In this document: in pieces, positions 52,950-61,281 of the stretch
Layout: each line of letters begins with the position of its first letter
How positions within the stretch are numbered: position 1 is the first letter of the stretch
NCBI GenBank assembly: GCA_965197905.1
Contig: CBDAOB010000004.1
Coordinates: 800,001 to 864,000, forward strand
Reading direction: 5' to 3'
DNA: 64,000 bases
Source: Candidatus Latescibacterota bacterium
Lineage (GTDB): Bacteria > Latescibacterota > UBA2968 > UBA8231
Notes under the pieces: model-generated
Told to the model about the DNA's origin: nothing
Seen by the model: the letters and a program-made list of their open reading frames with translations, nothing else
Database searches by the model: none
Translations under genes and position numbers: made by a program

Positions 52950-54585
52950 TCACACCTGGTAGGCGAACACCTTGGCCTGGAACATCGTAAGTCTGATGGC
53001 CAGCATCTCGCCGAGGCGGGAGATGTCACTCCTGCCCTGCCAGGTGACCACCTGGTCGAGACAGTCGCCCGTCAAGCGGTCACATTCTTCAAAGGTGAAG
53101 CCGGGAAGTGGGTCCACGTCTCCGTGGAACATGGAGGGGATCATGTGCAGCAGCTCCACGCTGACCCAACCGCCAGGCTTGCAGCGGTAGTTCAGCCGCA
53201 GCTCGTCGTTGCGGCGGCTGATTGTGGGTATGGTGAATCGCCCCGCGGCGGCCGCCCTCTATGCCGCAGAAGCGATGGGGCTGCCACAGGGCCCATCCTG
53301 GCTTCATTGGTTGTCGCTGGGGGAATAAGGATGGCTCAAACCCCTCCTTGATGTTGTGCAGTCTCGAATACCCCATGTAGGGAACGCCCCAATAGCCATC
53401 CGGCAGCTGCACGACACCGGACAGCCAGCTCATAACCATGCAATCTTCCCCGCTGCCCGGGGGGCCGAGGTTTATGATGGCCTGTCGCTCCGGGCGGTAC
53501 CAAATAAGACCGTCGCGGCTGAAGGCTATCTGCACATCCATCTGACCTGTTATCTGGTGGAAGATGGGTACGGTCATGCCGTGGATGTCCGTGCGTCCTG
53601 GATAAGGGAAGTAGTTGTGGCTGTAGAAAGAGATGTCCAGGTCATCCTGGGAGTCCGGGTGCATCGTGAGCTTGGGTGCCGGCCAGTGGCGAAAATCCCT
53701 GGTTCTGGCGATTCCATTGGCCCTGCGGACGATCTCCGTCTCCTGCGCACCCGTGCCAATGCCCATCGGCTCCTCCGGGGGGAAGCCCTGGGGCTGCATG
53801 TAGGCGAAATAGGTACCACTCTCTGGCTCGTACCCGGCGGCGATGCCCCCGTTGACGGAGTAGTCTGCCAGGGGCTCCTCTATCCGCTTCCAGTGGAGGC
53901 GGTCTGGGGAGGTCCAGCCGACCATCCACCCCCGCAGCACCACCTTGCGGCCACGATACTCCAGCCCTTCGTACTGCATAGCGTCCCATCGCTTGACGGC
54001 CTCATTCCCCGGGCCTTCCGGACCCACATCGTCTAGCTGCTCCCACGTATCCGGGTCATACCAGTGGCCTTCGGCTCCCATTGCCTTGAAGCGCTCGTCA
54101 GGCGGCGCCGAGGGGTCTTCGAAGAATCCGGATGCGCCGATGGGAGGTTGGCCAAGGAGGTTGTTCTTCTTTGAGCCGTTGTACTCCACCTCACCTAGCT
54201 CGGGACGGATCCAGTGGTAGGCGTCATCACTGACGGCGTAACACACACGAGCCCCCGAAGTGTAGTAGAGCAGGTGATGCCTCCCATCTTCCTGCCACAT
54301 ATACTTCGCACCAACTCCTTCGGCCTCCCACTCCACTTCTCCGTCAAAAGTCATGGGAACTTTGGTGGCCTTCTCGATCTTAAGCTCGACGCCCACAGGC
54401 GCATCGTAGAGGTTGTATTCGCCCTGTCTAGAAACGCAACGGTTGCCGGGAAAGACGTCCACCACATCGATCAGTGGCGTCCAGGTGCCGGGATTGCTTC
54501 TCGGGCGCACCCAATCGCCTGGATAGAAACCTTTCCATTCGCCGGTGAGCTTTCTTTCTTTGACCATCTTTTCCCTTTCCGTCAT
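52950..54585 (-). CDS. Family P GH-like beta-propeller protein, frameshift near 53250
   Basis: YAVSDDAYHWIRPELG, ERFKA, SRDGLIW; tail ORF ECDRLTGD...AKVFAY. Confidence 0.8.
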
Positions 54586-54599
54586 GGTGTCGGACCTCC

Positions 54600-54656
54600 C
54601 TAGGCCAGCACGGCGAAGGAATAGTGCGACTGCCGCAGATAAAAGCGTTCGGCCAT
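54600..54656 (-). pseudogene. Collapsed (head+tail) 18-aa minigene of 56371-57807
   Basis: MAE+RFYLRQSHYSFAVLA* versus MAEPT...RFCLKHTQLYSFAVLA*. The last 24 bp are identical. Confidence 0.82.
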
Positions 54657-54662
54657 TGTTGG

Positions 54663-56296
54663 CTACTCCTTCCCACGAACCCGCAGCTGCGCTGCGTCAA
54701 GCACGACGGCAGACGAAGCGGACTCGCCGCGGTTCTGCACCGCCACGTCCAGCTGATTCTCACCGCGACGGATCTGTCTGGCATCGAGCTTGCCCTGCAG
54801 CCACTGACCTTCCTTGGGGTTGCGGTCCGGATCGGCCGGTTCCAGCCCCTCGACCGCTGCGCCGTTGAGTTTCACCGAGAAGTCGTCGCCGGGAACCCAA
54901 TCCCACAGATGCAGGCTGAAATCGATGCTGCGCGCACCGGCAGATCCGACATCCTCGCCCACCTGAAAACCTGCGGATACGGGGAGGGTAACCTCCGGGA
55001 CTTCGGTGAAGCTATTAGGGCCTGCAAAACGCTCGATTCCGTAGAGCCTGTCTTTTCCCGCAATAGTTGCCGGTTCGCCGATCTCGCGCCACCATTGCGG
55101 CTCGCCGAACGCGGGATTGAAGAGGTAGAGCCCATCGGCGCCGGCGTTGAACAGATTCGAGGCGGCACCGCGCCATGCGGCGAGTGTGCCCTCCCAGCTG
55201 TTGAACGTGAGGATAAACGATGGTTTGCCGGCGCGTTCGGGCTGCCCCCCGCAGAGGGTCTCTATCCACGACCCGAACTGTCTGTATTTGCCATCGCTGA
55301 GACCGAGAAAAGCCCAGCGATCCCAGAAGCCCCAGGACACACAGGGGTAGACCGGCACCTCGTATTTGTGTCCCAGGGCGATGATGTCGCTGTAGGAACT
55401 GCAAAACACCGACTCCAAGTTGCCGCCGGGCATGAGCTGGTCGATCAATCCCTCCGCTAGCCACGTTTCCAGGTCGACCCCGACATGGATCGAATCGGCG
55501 AGGTTGAACGGCGTATGCGCCGCCAGCAGCAGTGGGCGGCCGCGGCGGTTGGCCTGCGCTCATCCGCCATGCGCCGGATGCGCCGCAAAAGATCGTTCAT
55601 CAGCTCCAGATGCTCCGGCTCGACGGAATTTCCCTGCAGCGATTCGCGGAAGAATGGGAAGTACTTGAAGAACTCCATGCCGATGAGGTCCACGTCGCAG
55701 TTCTGCGCCACCTCTTCGATGATGCGGAAGATGTGCTCGCGCACCTCCGGCTTGGCGAAATCCAACCGGGTCCATTGTCCTCTCGGATGGTGTTGACCGT
55801 GCTTCTCCCAGTCGCCTTCCTCACCCATCAAACAGTCGGGATGATCTTGTTTGAACGGCGCTATCCCGTAGGTCCAGCGGCGGCTTCCAGGTGGAAAGGC
55901 GTCGTGAACATCGTTCATGCGCAGGCACCAGGCTGCTTCCATGCCGTGCTCGTGGCTGAAGTCCAGTTGGATCTGGAGGGTGTCGCGGCCATACTTCTCC
56001 ACCAGTTCCAGCGGGATCTCCTTGCCGTAGAACCCTCCGAGTTTGGTGTGGTGGGAAAAGGTGAGACCCGCCATGCAACTGGCGTACCAGTTGCTGTCCA
56101 CCTGCGAGCCAATCAGAGGCGTGCTGCGAGCATCGAGGAAATCCTGTAGCAGATCTCCGCTGGCGCGCACCGTCAGGCCTTCGGAAACATAATACTCCTG
56201 CTCCACTCCGGAGCGCGCTTCGATCGCATCGTCGCCGTCGTTGTTGTAGATGATCCGGCGTTGCCGCCAGCGCGCCTTCATCCGGTCTGCATCCAT
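54663..56296 (-). CDS. Family M GH-like (TIM-barrel-type) protein (copy M1), frameshift near 55558
   Basis: RRIIYNNDG, LRMNDVHD, LDFAKPEVR, GADGLYLFN. Confidence 0.8.
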
Positions 56297-56370
56297 GTCT
56301 CAATCTCCTCGCCCTCGGTTTTTCCATCCGAGAGTCCTCCTGGTGTCTCACGATCTAGCGGCCGAGGTAT

Positions 56371-57807
56371 CTAGGCCAGCACGGCGAAGGAATAAAGCTG
56401 CGTGTGCTTCAGGCAAAAGCGCAGGCGCACCGGCTGCTCGACGTCCCGCAGCTGCTTGCCGCTTTTCCAGGTCACCGTATGGCGCAGGCCATCCGACGTG
56501 ATGGGCTGACACTCGTCTCGTGTCAAACCCTCGATCGGTTCCCCGTACAGGTTCAGTGCCTCCACCTGCAGCAATCCCTGGGAAGCATCGGCGTTCACTA
56601 CCAAGCCGCCGCCGCCGTCAAAACGTAGCCCCCTGGTCACCAGCATCCCTTCCTCGTCACCCGCATCGAGCGACACAAAACCATCCAGTCGCAGTTGCGC
56701 CAGACCGAGGAAATCCCCCACCATCTCGCATCCATCAATCGTTTTGCCAAGGAAATCTGCAATGTTTAAGTGCGGCACATTCGACCCCCGATAGTAGATC
56801 CAGATCTCGTCGTCCCGCACGAACGCCTTCTCTCCATAGACGCGTCTTGCATCCCACGTCCCCGGAGTTCCCCTCAGAAAGCACTGGCGGCTGCCCACCC
56901 GCGACCATTCCTTGCCGTCGCGACTGAAGGCCAGTTGCAAATCGAGGGTGTAGTTGAAGCCGGCGAGCGGTCGGGGATCGTCCGTGAACTCGTGGTAGAC
57001 GGTGAGAAACCCGACATAGCAACCCTGGTAAGGCAGCACGTGCATATAGTAAAAATCAATGCCGGGGCCGTCCCTGTCGTCAGGGGTGATGATCTCCTCC
57101 ACGCTCGTCCAATGCACGAAGTCGATACTCTCGCTGCGCCCGACGCGCCGCGTGGGAAAGGCCGAGGCGTCGGCGATCCCGCTCCACCGCTTTATGTGAT
57201 GGCCGTTGGGCCGCACGTACAGCACGTAGCGGCCATACCGCTCGTCCCAGAAAGGCAGGCTGAAGCCGTCGCCCGTTGGTTTCAGCACGGGATTGTCATC
57301 GTGGGGCGTCCACTGCAGTCCGTCCGGGGAGAAGGCGACGGCTACCCCGCCAGCGCCAGCGAAGTGCACCATCTTGTAGCGGCGTTCCGGGTCCGTCTCC
57401 GTGGTCTCTTTGAGGACCGGACCGCGCATGGGTGTGTGCAGCGCGATCAGATTGTTCGCCGCAGACCCATCGTATTCCACCAAACCCAGATCGGGACGGG
57501 TGAAGTTGACACCGTCCTCTGAAAGGGCATAGGCCAACGCCGGAACTCCTTCTGCGGTGGCTCGCGCACTATACCAGTACTTGTAGACCTTCTCCTCGCT
57601 ATCAAAAACCAGAGCCATGGGCACGATTCGCTGCCCCTCCCAGGGCTTCTCGATTTGGAAGACTGGATTTCGATCGTGTTTCACCGGCTGGTGGACAAAG
57701 CGCGAGATATTCTCCAGTCCGTCGATCAAATAATCGTCGACGAACAGCTGGCGTTCGTTGCCGATGTCCAGGACTACCGGCAGGCGGGGTACAGTGGGTT
57801 CGGCCAT
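56371..57807 (-). CDS. Family P GH-like beta-propeller protein
   Basis: RQLFVDD, YALSEDG, ERRYKM, LRLDGFVSL. Confidence 0.85.
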   Translation of the reverse strand: MAEPTVPRLPVVLDIGNERQLFVDDYLIDGLENISRFVHQPVKHDRNPVFQIEKPWEGQRIVPMALVFDSEEKVYKYWYSARATAEGVPALAYALSEDGVNFTRPDLGLVEYDGSAANNLIALHTPMRGPVLKETTETDPERRYKMVHFAGAGGVAVAFSPDGLQWTPHDDNPVLKPTGDGFSLPFWDERYGRYVLYVRPNGHHIKRWSGIADASAFPTRRVGRSESIDFVHWTSVEEIITPDDRDGPGIDFYYMHVLPYQGCYVGFLTVYHEFTDDPRPLAGFNYTLDLQLAFSRDGKEWSRVGSRQCFLRGTPGTWDARRVYGEKAFVRDDEIWIYYRGSNVPHLNIADFLGKTIDGCEMVGDFLGLAQLRLDGFVSLDAGDEEGMLVTRGLRFDGGGGLVVNADASQGLLQVEALNLYGEPIEGLTRDECQPITSDGLRHTVTWKSGKQLRDVEQPVRLRFCLKHTQLYSFAVLA

Positions 57808-57828
57808 TATGCCCTCGGCCTGGTGCTC

Positions 57829-57954
57829 AGTGAGATTGTCACTTTACGGTTTCTTCTTTGAAAGCGAGCTCGCCGGGCGAAGGGAGAAAGTCCTCGACAA
57901 CTTCAAGATCCCCAAGGGCTTCGTCACTGTACTTTATTTTCGCGCTCATGGATT
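57829..57954 (-). pseudogene. 5' relic of the brnA-like gene at 60709-60972
   Basis: Diverged direct repeat of about 60851-60977 (MSAKIKYSDEALGDLEVVEDFLPSP...). Confidence 0.88.
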
Positions 57955-57957
57955 GCC

Positions 57958-58440
57958 TTATAGGGCTGTAATCTTGGCTCGGGAGACTGGATCTGCCAGG
58001 TGTTTGTCAATTGTCTCCTTCTTTGCGAAAGACAGGAATTTGGTCTCATTGACTGCACAGTTAAGTGGGACCGCTTCGTCGCGGAGAGATTCTCCGAAAA
58101 GGAGGTACCAGAACCATTTCTTGAGTACCAAACTCATCACGCTTTTCGGTACTTCGCCAGATTTCCGCCATCGAGTGACCGTGCTGCGGTGAATCTGCAG
58201 GCAATCCGCCACATCAGAAAATGACTTGTCCGTCAGGTCACAAAGAAACTCCAATTCGTCCATCGAGAGGGTGGTGTCACTTCCACAGATTTCGTTGGCA
58301 ATCGCTCGGTGGATCCGGTAGATCTCCTCTTCTGAAATAGCCGCAGTGCCATCGGGCAGTGAGATCAGCCGTAGCTCTGGAACAGTCCAGGTTCGACCGG
58401 CGGCCTGGTATGGGTAGTTCTTTTTAGTCTTGGTCTTCAT
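57958..58440 (-). CDS. Xre-HTH protein with MqsA-like antitoxin layout
   Basis: LSMDELEFL...SFSDVADCLQIHRSTVTRW HTH. Overlaps the upstream gene. Confidence 0.7.
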   Translation of the reverse strand: MKTKTKKNYPYQAAGRTWTVPELRLISLPDGTAAISEEEIYRIHRAIANEICGSDTTLSMDELEFLCDLTDKSFSDVADCLQIHRSTVTRWRKSGEVPKSVMSLVLKKWFWYLLFGESLRDEAVPLNCAVNETKFLSFAKKETIDKHLADPVSRAKITAL

Positions 58441-58813
58441 CGTCGGTATCCTTGGCGAATTGGTTTGACCGGGCGTATGCCTCAGCTTCCTGCAGGGTTC
58501 TCAGACTGGGTGACGACTCAGTGCCATCATAGAAACAGAACAGAGAAGCGTACATCACCATATCGTCCTCTATATACAGTCGGAAACAGCCGTAGTATCC
58601 GGGTCCCCTGCCGTCAGGAGAAGGGGCCCATACCGCGATCTCAACGCGATCATCAACACGGTTAGCACGTCCGAGATAGACACCCTCTCGAACGAGGTAG
58701 GGCAGTTTCTGTCGAGCCAGCGCATACCTTGGCGTTTCCGGCTGGTGGTCGACGAACCGGTGGGCAGCGGAAAGCTGTTTCACGGCGTCCCACCAGACGT
58801 GCATTTCTCCCAT
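58424..58813 (-). CDS. Hypothetical 129-aa protein, putative toxin
   Basis: First gene of a two-gene overlapping unit with its own promoter. No motif recognised. Confidence 0.6.
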   Translation of the reverse strand: MGEMHVWWDAVKQLSAAHRFVDHQPETPRYALARQKLPYLVREGVYLGRANRVDDRVEIAVWAPSPDGRGPGYYGCFRLYIEDDMVMYASLFCFYDGTESSPSLRTLQEAEAYARSNQFAKDTDDEDQD

Positions 58814-58847
58814 TTGTTGAATATATCAACAATGCGCTATTGTGCAA
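58814..58847 (-). promoter_or_regulatory. Leaderless sigma70 promoter with overlapping operator palindrome
   Basis: TTGCAC-16 bp-TATATT-6 nt-ATG. Inverted repeat TTGTTGA-N5-TCAACAA at 58814-58832. Confidence 0.65.
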
Positions 58848-59015
58848 CTTCGTGCGTTATGCTCTGGGCAAACAAGGCGTGGCTGACTGGAGGATCGATG
58901 CGAGGTCCGGTCGGGACCGGTGATCTGACTCAATTACCTTGCCATCGGTTCGATCGATCGGCTTTCCATCATTCCCCAGCTTGGACATGTTGCTTCGGTG
59001 CTCGTGAAGTCCCCC

Positions 59016-60488
59016 CTACTCCTTCGCCACGTACAATGCGTACACCTTCGCGTCCTCAGGCCTGAGCCCGTCGCCGTAGTTCACCTGCAAGCGGAACGTC
59101 TCCCCCGCCGGCAGCTCCTCGCGCTCCTTCCAGCGCACTGGCAACCGGAAGCCATCCTCGGTCAGCGGCACACAGGCATCCCCGGAGTACCCCGGCAGCG
59201 GATGGAACCCCTCGTCCAGCACCTCCACCGTCAGCGGCGAATGCTCGTTCAGATCAGCGTTAGCAAACACCTTCAGCGGACCGTCGCCGGCACGCAGGGG
59301 GCAGGTGATGAAGTGGGGCCGCGGCCGCGTGATCGGAAAGAACTCCCCCTCGCCGAAGATCATCTCGTCGAAGGTCTCGAAACACCCAAGCCGGTCCCGA
59401 TGCCAGCTGGCGCAGCGGACGTCGCTGCCGTAGATCATCCCGTACCACATCAGGGTCCGGTCGCCGTGGTTGACCATCGCCGGCCCGTGGCCGTGGGTAA
59501 TCGCTTTGCCGTAGCGGTTGGGTTGTTCTAGCTCGCCGATGGCGGGGATCAGCTTGAAATCAGGAATCGGCTCGCGATAGCGCAGGGCGTCGTTTGAGAC
59601 CACCAGCCCCAGGTCCATATCGATCCGGCTCTGGTCACCCATCGGGTTTCCGTGCCACATGTCGTAGACCCCGATGATCACATTGCCCCGGCTCCATAAC
59701 ATAGCGCCCTGGTGGGCTTCCTCCGACATGTTGTGGTGCGGCACCATGGGGCGTGGCGACACGTTGTCTCTGCTGAAACTGAGACAGGAGGCCTGGGTCC
59801 AGGTCTCGAAATCGTAGGAGGCGAAGGTCACCATCTTGCGGGCGATGCCGAAGTGGGAACCGTGGTAGCCGAACTCATCCTGGGAGGTGACGTAATAACA
59901 GCCGTTGTGTTTGACTACGCTGCCGGTCTCCTGGGCGGAGCCTACCGGGTTGTTGGGAGACGCCCGCCAGCGCAGGCCGTCGGCGCTGTAGGCCACCGCA
60001 AGGCTGTTAACGAATTGGTTGGCCTCGATGCACATCTTGAAGCGGCGGTCGGGATCGGGGTCATCCGGATCGTAGAGCACGGGCGCGCTGGTCAGGCAGG
60101 GCTGGCCGGCGAACAGGTCGATGATGTTGTTGTTTTTGTTGCCGTTGAACTCCACCAGGCCCAGCTTCGGTTTCTCCCAGTTAATGCCGTCCTGGCTGAC
60201 GGCATACCCCAGTCGCCGGCCCCCTTTGTCCTGGCTGCTCCAGGCCTGGTACCACATGCGCAGCTCGCCATCGAAATCGATAACGGTTCCATAGAAACAG
60301 ACCAGCTTGTCATCGGGCTCGCCGGGACTTCCGCGGCGCAGGACGATCGGGGGTTTGTTGTACGGGGTCTTTCCCGGAGTCAGCTGCAACCGCAGTCCGG
60401 TGCTGAACGGGATGCCGTGGTTGTCGAAGGGAAACAGCACCGCTTCTTCGACCGCAACGTTGGCAACCCCGTTTTGCACGTCTAGCAT
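59016..60488 (-). CDS. Family P GH-like beta-propeller protein (close paralogue of 61282-62751)
   Basis: YAVSQDGINWEKPKLG, DPDRRFKM; collinear with its paralogue. Confidence 0.88.
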   Translation of the reverse strand: MLDVQNGVANVAVEEAVLFPFDNHGIPFSTGLRLQLTPGKTPYNKPPIVLRRGSPGEPDDKLVCFYGTVIDFDGELRMWYQAWSSQDKGGRRLGYAVSQDGINWEKPKLGLVEFNGNKNNNIIDLFAGQPCLTSAPVLYDPDDPDPDRRFKMCIEANQFVNSLAVAYSADGLRWRASPNNPVGSAQETGSVVKHNGCYYVTSQDEFGYHGSHFGIARKMVTFASYDFETWTQASCLSFSRDNVSPRPMVPHHNMSEEAHQGAMLWSRGNVIIGVYDMWHGNPMGDQSRIDMDLGLVVSNDALRYREPIPDFKLIPAIGELEQPNRYGKAITHGHGPAMVNHGDRTLMWYGMIYGSDVRCASWHRDRLGCFETFDEMIFGEGEFFPITRPRPHFITCPLRAGDGPLKVFANADLNEHSPLTVEVLDEGFHPLPGYSGDACVPLTEDGFRLPVRWKEREELPAGETFRLQVNYGDGLRPEDAKVYALYVAKE

Positions 60489-60518
60489 TGCTTCAGCTTT
60501 CTCTGGGGTTCTAGGATT

Positions 60519-60635
60519 TCAAATCGTTCTCAAGCCCGCCACGTACAAGGCGTACACCTTCGCATCCTCCGGCCTGAGCCCGTCGCCGTAGTTCACCTGC
60601 AAGCAGAAGGTCTCCCCGCCAGAGAGCGCGCGCTC
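60519..60635 (-). pseudogene. 3' relic of a third copy of the 59016/61282 gene
   Basis: Encodes GETFCLQVNYGDGLRPEDAKVYALYVA. Confidence 0.9.
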
Positions 60636-60662
60636 CGACCATCTTGGACTCTGATTGATCTG

Positions 60663-60740
60663 AATTTTGCACACGTCTGCAAAATTGGGCAGCCTCGCGC
60701 GACCGGGCTTAGCGCTTCCGACTCGAATCGGTCGTTAGAG
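60663..60740 (-). other. Possible half attC site (one arm plus hairpin apex)
   Basis: CTCTAAC-GACCGATTCGAGTCGGA at the end of brnA, then the inverted repeat AATTTTGCA-N6-TGCAAAATT. No partner GTTRRRY arm. Confidence 0.4.
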
Positions 60741-60972
60741 TACGCTTGTATTTCTCAACATATGAATCGAGGAGTTTTCGAATCATTTTCTGATAGGGCG
60801 TATTGTGCTCCTCCGCCTTCTCTTTGAAAAATTGGACACTCGACTTGCTAAGTGAGATTGTCACCTTTACGGTTTCATCTTTGAACGCGAGCTCATCGGG
60901 TGAAGGGAGAAAATCGCCGACAACCTCGAGGTCCCCAAGGGCTTCGTCACTGTACTTTATTTTCGCTCTCAT
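60709..60972 (-). CDS. brnA: BrnA/CopG-like antitoxin
   Basis: DFLPSPDEL, VKVTISLS, PYQKMIR. Overlaps the brnT-like 3' end. Confidence 0.8.
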   Translation of the reverse strand: MRAKIKYSDEALGDLEVVGDFLPSPDELAFKDETVKVTISLSKSSVQFFKEKAEEHNTPYQKMIRKLLDSYVEKYKRTLTTDSSRKR

Positions 60973-61206
60973 GGATTCCCCTGCCTTTCCTCCAATATCC
61001 GGCGCCAATGATGCGGATTACGTTGCGGCGGTAAGTAAAATGCCAGAGCCGGCCTTGCCAAAACGATAGAATCGTTCCTCCTTCGCCGTACTGTGGGTCA
61101 GGTCTTTGGCTATGACACGCTTGGGATCAGCGAATGCATATTGTGCTTCCGCGAACGCAATGCCGTGCTTCTTCTGGTTCTCAACGTCCTTCTCGGCGTC
61201 CCACAG
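60947..61206 (-). pseudogene. brnT: BrnT-like toxin, start lost and frameshifted
   Basis: WDAEKDVENQKKHGIAFAEAQYAFADP...EERF, then in a shifted frame TYRRNVIRIIGAGYWRK. Confidence 0.82.
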
Positions 61207-61281
61207 CGGTCAGGATCTCTTACTCGTAGTTATGCCGCGCAGTGGGCTGAATATTCCCTTCGTAGCTCCGTAAGAACCCCG

